Shown here one piece after another: positions 1 to 8,035 of a DNA stretch of 64,000 nt; position 1 is the stretch's first letter, and the number at the start of each line of letters is the position of its first letter. A model generated the notes under the pieces. It saw nothing but the letters and a program-made list of their open reading frames with translations. It was not told where the DNA came from and did no database searches. The stretch is from a virus (Duplodnaviria > Caudoviricetes): positions 1 through 64,000 of IMG/VR virus record IMGVR_UViG_3300033073_001271; one strand, 5' to 3'. The position numbers and the translations under genes are program-made.

Positions 1-291
1 AAGACTGCAATGGCATGGGGTGCAAAATATGGACAAAGTATGGGGCGGCAAGGTCAAACTTATGCTATAATAACTAAGGATTTAAAGACAGGTTTTGTTG
101 GATGGGATATGGTAAGAGAACAATTAGAAACTCTTATTAGATATGCTCATGTTAATGATGATCTCAAGTTCTTGCTAACTCCAATTGGAACAGGATTGGG
201 CGGACAGACAATTGAAGACTTGGAGCATAATATTAGAGATTTTTACTTTCCAGATAATATTATAAAGATATGGGAAAATGAGAATGATTGA
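1..291 (+). CDS. Macrodomain-like phage protein (A1S_2505-like), 5'-truncated by window edge
   Basis: Frame is open to base 1. Contains GAKYGQSMGRQGQTYAIITKD and FLLTPIGTGLGG, resembling the macro-like 'YAIPTK...F.VT.IGCGLAG' pattern. Confidence 0.6.
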   Translation, partial: KTAMAWGAKYGQSMGRQGQTYAIITKDLKTGFVGWDMVREQLETLIRYAHVNDDLKFLLTPIGTGLGGQTIEDLEHNIRDFYFPDNIIKIWENEND

Positions 292-481
292 ATATGTACC
301 AATCAGAATAGCAAAAACAACTCAGCAAATCCTAAGAGAAGTTTATAAAGATATAGATATAAATGAATCTCGATTATCTTTAATTGAAAGAAATCTGCTT
401 GGATTGCCGCCAGAAAATCACAAAGATATACTAGATCAAATTTTTGAGGAATACAATAATGCTACTACAAGCTCCAATTAA
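278..481 (+). CDS. Hypothetical protein (67 aa)
   Basis: ORF overlaps both neighbours in the operon. Confidence 0.6.
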   Translation: MRMIEYVPIRIAKTTQQILREVYKDIDINESRLSLIERNLLGLPPENHKDILDQIFEEYNNATTSSN

Positions 482-1517
482 CAGCTTAGGATATGGTGTT
501 GCGGGATATAATATTGCAAAACAATTAGGTAAGAAGAAAGGCTTACACGACTTTGCTCTTTTTCCAATTGGTCAACCTGAACCAGAATTGTATGAAGATT
601 TGGTTCAATATGACTGGCGAAACAAAGAAGTAGAATTTGATTGGTCTGAAACATGTGTAAAAATTTGGCATCAAAATGGCCTTCATGAAACGGTCGGACG
701 AGGAAATAGAATCGGTTTTCCTATTTTTGAACTTAATAGATTTACCAACGAAGAAAAGCTAAGCGTTGGTAGTTGTGATGGTGTCTTTGTATGTTCAAAA
801 TGGGCTAAAGATATTGTCGAAGACCAAACTACGGCACAATATGTTAAAGTTGTGCCTCTTGGGGTTGACCGTTCTATTTTCAATGAAAATAATAATGTAT
901 CCAGACCTCCCACTGTATTTTTTAACTGTGGTAAATGGGAAATCAGGAAAGGTCATGATGCTTTACTAGAGTGCTTTGAAAAGGCTTTTAATCAAAGTGA
1001 TAATGTAGAACTTTGGCTATTGTGTGAAAACCCTTTTATTGAACAAATTAATAAACAATGGATCGATTATTACAAAAATTCCAAGCTGGGAAATAAGATT
1101 CGAATCTTACCAAGGCAAAAAACTCAGCGGGATGTGTATAATATTATGAGACAAGTTGATTGCGGAGTATTTCCAGTTCGAGCAGAGGGTTGGAATTTAG
1201 AGCTATTAGAATTGTTATCATGTGGTAAAAATATTATTACAACAAATTATTCTGGTCATACAGAATTTGCAGATAGTAAAAATTCTTATCTGGTAGAAAT
1301 TAATGAACTCGAACCTGCGCATGATGGAATATGGTTTCATGGTCAAGGCGAATGGGCTAAAATTGGAGATCAGCAAAAAAATAGTTTTGCAGAAAAAATG
1401 AAATATGTTCATAAACTAAAACAAGATGGTGAATTGGGTTTAAATATCGCTGGTATTGAGACTGCAAGGCATTTTTCTTGGGAAAATACAGCAGAGGAGA
1501 TATTAAATGGGCTTTGA
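459..1517 (+). CDS. GT-B glycosyltransferase (GT4-like)
   Basis: GKWEIRKG and FPVRAEGWNLELLELLSCGKNIITTNYSG match the GT4 C-terminal E-x7-E motif. ATG at 459 follows GAGGA (the track starts at 444). Confidence 0.85.
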   Translation: MLLQAPINSLGYGVAGYNIAKQLGKKKGLHDFALFPIGQPEPELYEDLVQYDWRNKEVEFDWSETCVKIWHQNGLHETVGRGNRIGFPIFELNRFTNEEKLSVGSCDGVFVCSKWAKDIVEDQTTAQYVKVVPLGVDRSIFNENNNVSRPPTVFFNCGKWEIRKGHDALLECFEKAFNQSDNVELWLLCENPFIEQINKQWIDYYKNSKLGNKIRILPRQKTQRDVYNIMRQVDCGVFPVRAEGWNLELLELLSCGKNIITTNYSGHTEFADSKNSYLVEINELEPAHDGIWFHGQGEWAKIGDQQKNSFAEKMKYVHKLKQDGELGLNIAGIETARHFSWENTAEEILNGL

Positions 1518-2442
1518 AACGCCAGAAGATATTCTAAAGCAATACGAGGATGGCTTACAGGGCGCTGTGTGCGACCCTGTTGACATGGCTAAGCTCATGG
1601 AAGAGCTGCCAAGACCGTTATATGGAAGCATTGGAAACGAGTTGTATGGCACAGGAAAAGGTATGCTATCCCTGCCATATAAGGCGCTGCAATATTTTTT
1701 TCCAGAATTTGGGGCAGATGAGTCACAAACAACAGGTGACTGCGTATCTCATGCCACTAGAAATGCTGTAGATATAACCAGAGCATATGAAATACTTTAT
1801 GGTCGTCAAAAAGAATCCTTCTTAGCGAGAGGTGCTACTGAACCAATTTATGGCTGTAGAGGTCATGGTGGACAGGGTATGCAATGTTCACAAGCAGCTA
1901 GGTTTGTTAGTCTAGTTGGTGGTTTTTTAGTTAGACAAAATTATACAGATATTGGTGTAGACTTATCTAAATATGATTCAAGAATAGGAACTAACTGGGG
2001 ATCAAGAGGATTACCAGACTCGGTAGTTAAAAAATGTGCAGAACATAAGATGAGAACAGCGTCTAATGTTACTACAATTGAACAAGCCAGAGATCTTTTA
2101 GCCAATGGATATGGTTTATCGGTATGTTCAAATTATGGATTTTCAAGCGTTAGAGATAAAAATGGCATAGCAGAGGTTAATGGATCTTGGTCGCACGCTA
2201 TGGCTTGGATTGGTTGTGATGACACTTACGAACGTTTTAACGAAACATTGTTTTTAGTACAAAATAGCTGGGGGATATGGAATTCTGGGCCAAGAATTTT
2301 TGATCAACCAGAGGGTAGTTTCTGGATTCGTCAAAGTGTAGCCGAAAGAATGATTGCTGCTGGAGCAGCATTCGCTTACAGTGATTTTGATGGATTTACA
2401 CGTAAAATGAACTGGACAAGAATCAAGGAGATTTTTGCATGA
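1507..2442 (+). CDS. Papain-like (C1 family) cysteine peptidase
   Basis: Catalytic motifs in the correct order: SQTTGDCVSHA (Gln/Cys), WSHAMAWIG (His), LVQNSWG (Asn). Confidence 0.8.
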   Translation: MGFETPEDILKQYEDGLQGAVCDPVDMAKLMEELPRPLYGSIGNELYGTGKGMLSLPYKALQYFFPEFGADESQTTGDCVSHATRNAVDITRAYEILYGRQKESFLARGATEPIYGCRGHGGQGMQCSQAARFVSLVGGFLVRQNYTDIGVDLSKYDSRIGTNWGSRGLPDSVVKKCAEHKMRTASNVTTIEQARDLLANGYGLSVCSNYGFSSVRDKNGIAEVNGSWSHAMAWIGCDDTYERFNETLFLVQNSWGIWNSGPRIFDQPEGSFWIRQSVAERMIAAGAAFAYSDFDGFTRKMNWTRIKEIFA

Positions 2443-2777
2443 AAAACATTATATTATTAGTTGTGGGAATAGGATTAGGATATTTTGCTAGTACGAAAGA
2501 ATATGAAGAGCCACAATTATACGGAGCTAGAGACTTAAAAACAGAACTAAAAGGAACTGTTGAAAGAGTGAATCTTGCGCTAGACGAATCTGAGAAAAAG
2601 AATATAAAGAAAAACGTACCAAAGCCAACTCCTAAGCCAGAAATTACATGCAAGTGCAATGGAACTGGTTATATTGTACAGGCAGACGGCAATAAATCAC
2701 AATGTCAATGCAGTGCAAATGGGGGAATATGTAAGTGTAAAGCATCAAGTGAACCTACATTGGTGTCACCGCAATGA
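2439..2777 (+). CDS. Signal/anchor-bearing protein with Cys-rich C-terminus
   Basis: Hydrophobic N-terminus MKNIILLVVGIGLGYFA; C-terminal CKCNGTG...CQC...CKC. Confidence 0.7.
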   Translation: MKNIILLVVGIGLGYFASTKEYEEPQLYGARDLKTELKGTVERVNLALDESEKKNIKKNVPKPTPKPEITCKCNGTGYIVQADGNKSQCQCSANGGICKCKASSEPTLVSPQ

Positions 2778-3115
2778 AAATACAAGATTTTTCAAAAAAC
2801 ATAGCTGCTAATATACAAGATGATAATAAAAATTATTCTTTTGATATTGGTTTAATTGTTACAATTGGATATATAATTGTAAATATAGTACAGCTATTAA
2901 TTAAATGCAATGTTTTTGGAAGAAAATTGGAAGACAGGATTAAAAATCCGGGTCCGATAGATCAAATATTGTTAAGGAAAGCTATTAAAAATCACCTTCC
3001 GCAAGAATATTCGCATCTAAAAGATCAGATTAAAGATCAAATATTATCAGATGTAAAAAATCTTTCAGATGAACAAATTAAAAGTATGGTAATGGAGGCA
3101 AAAAATGCAGGATAA
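2774..3115 (+). CDS. Hypothetical protein with one hydrophobic segment
   Basis: ORF with ATGA overlap; IGLIVTIGYIIVNIVQLLI hydrophobic stretch. Confidence 0.65.
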   Translation: MKIQDFSKNIAANIQDDNKNYSFDIGLIVTIGYIIVNIVQLLIKCNVFGRKLEDRIKNPGPIDQILLRKAIKNHLPQEYSHLKDQIKDQILSDVKNLSDEQIKSMVMEAKNAG

Positions 3116-3299
3116 ACTTAAGAGTCTATTAAAGTCAAGAAGATTTTGGGCTGTAGCTTCAGGTTTAATTGTTGTTGTTAGCAAAGAACTTGGGATTGCA
3201 GATCTAGACGAAACACAAGTGCAGAATATAGTCATACTAATTGCAACTTGGGTTTTTGGCGAATCGCTAAGATCTTCGGAAAGCGTAGCTGCAAAATGA
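3105..3299 (+). CDS. Holin-like small membrane protein
   Basis: 64 aa with two hydrophobic segments and LKSRRFW at the N-terminus, similar to 'SRKFW'-type phage holins. Confidence 0.55.
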   Translation: MQDKLKSLLKSRRFWAVASGLIVVVSKELGIADLDETQVQNIVILIATWVFGESLRSSESVAAK

Positions 3300-3544
3300 G
3301 TACGGGTCAAATTGTTATAATTGGACTGGGGGTGATAATGGTTTTATCATCCCTAGATCTATCAAGTTTATTTAATAAAATCCCATCGTCATCACCTTCT
3401 CCAGCGGTAAAACCTAAAAATGATTTAATCGCGGTGGTTCAAAAATGGGATGATTTAAGAAATGTATGTATAATTAATGGGCTTACAGAAGCGACAACTA
3501 AATTGGATGAAATATTTCCAATGTTGATTAAAGTGGACAAATAA
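3296..3544 (+). CDS. Membrane-anchored hypothetical protein
   Basis: ATG at 3296 overlaps the previous stop; N-terminal TM helix then a Ser/Pro linker. Confidence 0.65.
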   Translation: MSTGQIVIIGLGVIMVLSSLDLSSLFNKIPSSSPSPAVKPKNDLIAVVQKWDDLRNVCIINGLTEATTKLDEIFPMLIKVDK

Positions 3545-3545
3545 T

Positions 3546-4016
3546 ATGAACCTAAGACTATATTTAGGAATAGCTTTAATGGTAGTTGGATTTTTCTGGG
3601 ATAGCTCTTTTATACTATCCGATAAAAAACCAGCTATTAATAATGAGTATAATACAATATTGAAATTAAAAGCTCCTAGCGATGCTTATTATAATGAATT
3701 TAAAAACATTAAAAATTTGGTTGTGGGACCAGATCAGACGTATGATAGAGAATTAATTGCTATATTTCATAACGAAATGGCAAATAGATTAGACAATTAC
3801 GATAAAGTATCTTCAATATCATTTGAAAATTTCTATTATGATGCTGCAAAATTAGCATTTTCAAATAGAATTAGCAATAAGTATAAAGGTCTTGGAGAAG
3901 AAATATACAAAGTCATACTGTCAACTCTTGGTGAAAATGAATCCATTCTTACAAAAGAAGAAATGGGACAATTAGCCGAAAAAATGCGAGCAATTGCTTG
4001 GATTTTACTTAATTAG
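3546..4016 (+). CDS. Membrane-anchored/secreted hypothetical protein
   Basis: N-terminal hydrophobic LYLGIALMVVGFFW followed by a helical domain. Confidence 0.65.
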   Translation: MNLRLYLGIALMVVGFFWDSSFILSDKKPAINNEYNTILKLKAPSDAYYNEFKNIKNLVVGPDQTYDRELIAIFHNEMANRLDNYDKVSSISFENFYYDAAKLAFSNRISNKYKGLGEEIYKVILSTLGENESILTKEEMGQLAEKMRAIAWILLN

Positions 4017-4018
4017 GC

Positions 4019-4047
4019 TTGACTTTTCTCTATGGGTCTGGTATAAT
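4019..4047 (+). promoter_or_regulatory. Sigma70-consensus promoter
   Basis: TTGACT (4019-4024), 17-nt spacer, TATAAT (4042-4047), in an intergenic gap; AGGAGA RBS precedes ATG 4077. Confidence 0.8.
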
Positions 4048-4060
4048 ACACTAGACCCAT
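4032..4060. repeat. Inverted repeat enclosing the -10 box
   Basis: ATGGGTCTGGT / ACTAGACCCAT: 11 pairs including one G-T, with a 7-nt loop ATAATAC. Confidence 0.85.
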
Positions 4061-4076
4061 TTTCATAGGAGAATAT

Positions 4077-4469
4077 ATGAAAGCTCAATACGAAGCAATA
4101 GTGACATTGATACCAATTTTTTCAGATAAAAGATATAACCAAGCAAATCCAAATTATATAAAAGTATTACTTGATGAAGAAGAACAAATATTAAAAAAAC
4201 CAATTGGATATTTGCATAAAGATATTAAACATTGCTTATCTGAATTGTTTAATGAGTATATTAAAGTTGATTATGAGTGGCCCGAAAAAACATTGGTGAA
4301 CTGTAGAAAGAATAAGAAAGTAATAGAATTTACGTACTTATCTATTATACCATATATTTCAGGATGCCAAAAGAGGGGTAATATAGTCAATATAACAGAA
4401 TTTCAAAAACTAATATCGGATAAATACTATGTCGAATCAATCGCAGGAAACACTTCTCAGTTCAGATGA
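4077..4469 (+). CDS. Hypothetical protein
   Basis: 130-aa ORF with strong RBS downstream of the sigma70 promoter. Confidence 0.7.
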   Translation: MKAQYEAIVTLIPIFSDKRYNQANPNYIKVLLDEEEQILKKPIGYLHKDIKHCLSELFNEYIKVDYEWPEKTLVNCRKNKKVIEFTYLSIIPYISGCQKRGNIVNITEFQKLISDKYYVESIAGNTSQFR

Positions 4470-4755
4470 GCCATTCCTACCAAAGTCTTTTATGTTTTTT
4501 TGTATCGATAATGAAGGAAGTGTTGCTTTTGAAGCATCATGGGGAGATACTATAGAAGATGTTAAACAATTTGCAACTTTAGTTAGTAACATCACTAATG
4601 GTGATTTTAATAAAATGATTGAAGAACAACTAAAATTGCAGTCAAAAGATATGCCAGATGGTAAAAAGAAATTCTCAGCTTTTCATAAAGTGTATTCGGA
4701 GTCAAAATCTCCTTCTAATTTAGTAATTGACCCAACAAGAGTGGAGTTAAACTAA
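4429..4755 (+). CDS. Hypothetical protein
   Basis: 108-aa ORF in the operon. Confidence 0.65.
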   Translation: MSNQSQETLLSSDEPFLPKSFMFFCIDNEGSVAFEASWGDTIEDVKQFATLVSNITNGDFNKMIEEQLKLQSKDMPDGKKKFSAFHKVYSESKSPSNLVIDPTRVELN

Positions 4756-5168
4756 TGAAAAAAATCATGTGGGAAAACTGGAATGAAAAAGAAATTGAAT
4801 TAACTGATAATATTGGCGCTTTTGACGATTTTCAAAACGAAGATATTGATGGGGAAGACGGTCTCTCTCAGATGAGAGAAGATCCAGCGTCTATGGGGGC
4901 TTTTTTGACTGAGCTAAAATCACCCATTATATATACTCCATTTGGATCAGTGCCATCTGAATCGGTATTAAAGCCATCGGATAGATGGCAGTGTTGGTTA
5001 GGATATACAAATTTTGATTTAACTCACAAAATTTCGGACAAAATGAAAGTAGTAAATGGCGTAGAAGCGTTAAGAATAATGAGTAGATACACCTTTTGTA
5101 TTGGAGTAGGAAAATTATTCAATTTCAGTAATGTCAGGAAGGAAATAGAAGATGTCATCTGTAAATGA
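4755..5168 (+). CDS. Hypothetical acidic protein
   Basis: 137-aa ORF with TAATG overlap. Confidence 0.7.
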   Translation: MKKIMWENWNEKEIELTDNIGAFDDFQNEDIDGEDGLSQMREDPASMGAFLTELKSPIIYTPFGSVPSESVLKPSDRWQCWLGYTNFDLTHKISDKMKVVNGVEALRIMSRYTFCIGVGKLFNFSNVRKEIEDVICK

Positions 5169-5664
5169 GAAAAAATTTGAAGAAGCTGTTAATAATGATT
5201 ACTACAAAAAGATTATGTATAAAGTCTGCACAGAAAATTTAAAGGGGATTTGCACAAAAGATGAAATGAAATCAATCATGATGAGTACTCTATGGGGATG
5301 CGTTCAAAAGTTTGACACAGATAAAAAAGTAAAGTTCTCATCATATCTTTATAGAAGTATGCAAAATAACTCAAGAAGATTTTATAAAAAGAAGCAAAAG
5401 CAGAATAAAGATACTGAATTTATCGACAACTTCCACAGCGTCTTGAAAATTGACACAAATGCAAGAGATGAAGCTAGAGATATTTTAATGTCAGTACAAG
5501 ATTTAAATCCAGAGCTATACAATATTCTTATTCAAAAATTTTATCACGGTATGACAAATAAAGAAATAGGCGAATCAAACGGATATGGTAAAGAAGCAGC
5601 TAGAAAAAAACTTAAAAAAGCTCTAGAACTGTGTCGCGAAATTGTGTATAGTAATGTAGGATAA
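5152..5664 (+). CDS. Phage-encoded sigma70-family (compact, region 2 + region 4) sigma factor
   Basis: LWGCVQKFDTDKKVKFSSYLYRSM resembles region 2 (FD..K..KFSTY); FYHGMTNKEIGESNGYGKEAARKKLKKAL resembles the region 4 HTH. Confidence 0.8.
   Translation: MSSVNEKKFEEAVNNDYYKKIMYKVCTENLKGICTKDEMKSIMMSTLWGCVQKFDTDKKVKFSSYLYRSMQNNSRRFYKKKQKQNKDTEFIDNFHSVLKIDTNARDEARDILMSVQDLNPELYNILIQKFYHGMTNKEIGESNGYGKEAARKKLKKALELCREIVYSNVG
5644..5660 (+). promoter_or_regulatory. Candidate phage late promoter GTG-TAnnnT-N4-TAGG (copy 1)
   Basis: GTGTATAGTAATGTAGG; the same spacing recurs at 36016-36032 and 62327-62343 on the minus strand. Confidence 0.65.
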
Positions 5665-5735
5665 GGAACGTATGCAGGGACAAATAGGAAAAATATATTA
5701 TGATGATGGTTAATTACTTTTAAAGGAGAACTGCT

Positions 5736-6392
5736 ATGGTTCCAAATCAATCAGTGAATATTTATAAGATCAGCACCGTTGGCGGAGCAGCTTTTACAAG
5801 CCAAAGATATGGTGGTGCAATTCTTGGTCTTGCTACAGCAACAACAAAAATCACAAAAGCGATCTTGCTAAAAGACACTAATGCGATTGACCAAACAATC
5901 TACCCACTACCTAAGTTACTATCTGGCGCTAGAACTTACAACACAGCTAAGATTCTAAGCGGCGGAACATTCGCATTCAACGATGCAAAATATCGCACAT
6001 ACATCATGTCAAGACTTGCAACAAGCCTTGCCGGTGTATCTAACACATTCTTGCAATTCATGGGCAATGTCAATATTGCACCATCTATCGCATACTATGT
6101 CAAAGACCACTATGACAATACCACAAGTTTAATGCGTACAGCTAAGTTCAGCCGCACTGGTTACGGTGTTGCCGGAACAGACGCAACAGCAACCGGATAT
6201 GCTGGTAAAATCAAGGCTAGAACACCTTGGGTTACAGTTCCAACTGGCACTGCTGGTACAGACTTTGGTACATCTGGATCACTACCAACAAGAGCAGTTC
6301 CGGGTCGCCTAGTATTCTTGACAAACTTTGTTAACTATCTACCTGCCACAAGCTCAAACTTCTATAATTACAAACCAATCACAGGCAAGTAA
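5736..6392 (+). CDS. Probable abundant virion/structural protein
   Basis: Own candidate promoter, AAAGGAGA RBS and terminator. Thr/Ala/Gly-rich, with C-ending codons (AAC, ATC, GAC) more frequent than in neighbours. Confidence 0.55.
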   Translation: MVPNQSVNIYKISTVGGAAFTSQRYGGAILGLATATTKITKAILLKDTNAIDQTIYPLPKLLSGARTYNTAKILSGGTFAFNDAKYRTYIMSRLATSLAGVSNTFLQFMGNVNIAPSIAYYVKDHYDNTTSLMRTAKFSRTGYGVAGTDATATGYAGKIKARTPWVTVPTGTAGTDFGTSGSLPTRAVPGRLVFLTNFVNYLPATSSNFYNYKPITGK

Positions 6393-6403
6393 TTTAATTA
6401 GTC

Positions 6404-6439
6404 AAAAGGGGGTCGAGTTACGGCTCGATCCCTTTTTTT
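6404..6439 (+). terminator. Intrinsic terminator
   Basis: AAAAGGGGGTCGAG-TTACGG-CTCGATCCC followed by a T-run, directly after the 5736-6392 stop. Confidence 0.85.
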
Positions 6440-6452
6440 ATGGAGGTGAGTT

Positions 6453-6851
6453 ATGATATCATGGCATGAAGTACTTCCTAATTTGGGTGAATTCATTAAT
6501 AAAACTGGTTTTCCAGTAGGATTATGGTTAATAACTGGATGGGTTGTTTATAAACTTGGTAAAAAAATATTTGTAAAAATAGAGCCAATAGTAGACGCTC
6601 ATTTTGAATTAGTTACAGAACTAAAAAATAGTTCCAGTAGAACAACAGAAATACTGGAAAAGCAAAATGAAATACTAGTAAGTAATTTTACTATTCATAC
6701 AGAAATACTTAATGACCATACTGCAAAATTAGATAACATAATGAAACTCAACCTAGAGAGAAATGAAATACTAGAAGATGCAAAAAAGATAATTCCATTA
6801 AATGGAACAATGTCTTCTGTTGCCGGAGCGTCCAATGGAATTAAAAGGTAA
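6453..6851 (+). CDS. Single-TM membrane protein with helical C-terminus (possibly holin-like)
   Basis: GGAGGTGA RBS; TGFPVGLWLITGWVVY TM segment then a coiled-coil-like region. Confidence 0.55.
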   Translation: MISWHEVLPNLGEFINKTGFPVGLWLITGWVVYKLGKKIFVKIEPIVDAHFELVTELKNSSSRTTEILEKQNEILVSNFTIHTEILNDHTAKLDNIMKLNLERNEILEDAKKIIPLNGTMSSVAGASNGIKR

Positions 6852-7020
6852 GATCGTACAAATCCTGTTGGATGAGCTAGGTTTTTCTCAGGCAGACCTT
6901 GACAAAGTGAAGGCGATCTTGGATAATGTGAGTGTAAGAAATGTAGACGGCAAGACATTCGTAGACATTCGATTAAACAAGATAACAGTCGTATTAGAAA
7001 GTGATAAGAATGAGTTTTAA
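6835..7020 (+). CDS. Hypothetical protein
   Basis: Probable ATG at 6835 after GGAG (the track starts at 6802). Confidence 0.55.
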   Translation: MELKGKIVQILLDELGFSQADLDKVKAILDNVSVRNVDGKTFVDIRLNKITVVLESDKNEF

Positions 7021-7354
7021 CATTGGCAAAATCAGAATAACAGAAGAACTTGATAAATATGATGGTGGACTTACAATGTTTAAGTTCAAACAAAATAAAA
7101 TTGAATATCACTGTCTAGCAATACAATTACTGGATGAGAGAGAAGGCTACCTAGCCTTCTCCCTTCCTAAAAATTTGAGTGAGCTATTTAAGAAAAATCA
7201 TTATAGCACACAAGCCATGTTTGATCTATTTAAGGAGGGAATTGATGAATTTTACTTCGTTTCATTCGAAGATGAAGACCCTGAAAGTCAAATTATTGAG
7301 TATTGCGGAAAAATTACAAAAGAGGAAGTTCTCAAACTCTACAATATCGGATAA
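7001..7354 (+). CDS. Hypothetical protein
   Basis: 117-aa ORF in the operon. Confidence 0.65.
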   Translation: MIRMSFNIGKIRITEELDKYDGGLTMFKFKQNKIEYHCLAIQLLDEREGYLAFSLPKNLSELFKKNHYSTQAMFDLFKEGIDEFYFVSFEDEDPESQIIEYCGKITKEEVLKLYNIG

Positions 7355-7373
7355 TAAAACAAAGGACTTTATT

Positions 7374-7562
7374 ATGAAAATCAATATGGAAAAATTAAAT
7401 CAGGCAGTAAAAAAAGAAATCCCAAATACGGAAAATCTTGCTAACCCTAATGGTTTTTTTGGTTACTTTGAAGAGAAAGAAGGCTATAATAAACTAGTAG
7501 CATTCGGTCCTTATGACACTCAATCAAGATTTACTTGGGTTCACAAAGAATATCAACTATGA
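7374..7562 (+). CDS. Hypothetical protein (62 aa)
   Basis: ATG 7374 after AAAGGA; the stop overlaps the dCMP deaminase ATG. Confidence 0.6.
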   Translation: MKINMEKLNQAVKKEIPNTENLANPNGFFGYFEEKEGYNKLVAFGPYDTQSRFTWVHKEYQL

Positions 7563-8032
7563 GACCTGATTGGGATCAATATTTTATGTCAATGGCCCAT
7601 TTAGCCTCTGTTCGCTCGCACGATGAACAGACGCAAGTGGGCTGTGTCATTATTAATGACAAAAATCATATAATTAGCTTAGGATATAATGGATTTCCGG
7701 CAAATACAAAAGATTCACATTTACCAACAGTAAGACCCGGAAAATATCCTTACATGCTTCATGCAGAACAAAATGCCATAAGTAATATGATTATCAAGGC
7801 AGATAATTTAAAAGCATACATAACTGCCTATCCGTGTTCAGTCTGCGCTAAACTTTTATGGCAAAATAATATTAGAGAATTAATTATTGATAAAAAGGGT
7901 ATTATCTATTCAATGAATGAAAATGATATTGCAGTTATTAATTTTCTATTTGACAATGGGTTAAAAATAAGAGAAATAGAATTCGACCAAGACTTATTTA
8001 AAAAGCTCGGTCACAAATTAAAAAGAGGATAA
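7559..8032 (+). CDS. dCMP deaminase
   Basis: RPDWDQYFM, VGCVI, HAEQNAI, PCSVCAK Zn-deaminase motifs. Confidence 0.92.
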   Translation: MRPDWDQYFMSMAHLASVRSHDEQTQVGCVIINDKNHIISLGYNGFPANTKDSHLPTVRPGKYPYMLHAEQNAISNMIIKADNLKAYITAYPCSVCAKLLWQNNIRELIIDKKGIIYSMNENDIAVINFLFDNGLKIREIEFDQDLFKKLGHKLKRG

Positions 8033-8035
8033 TTA

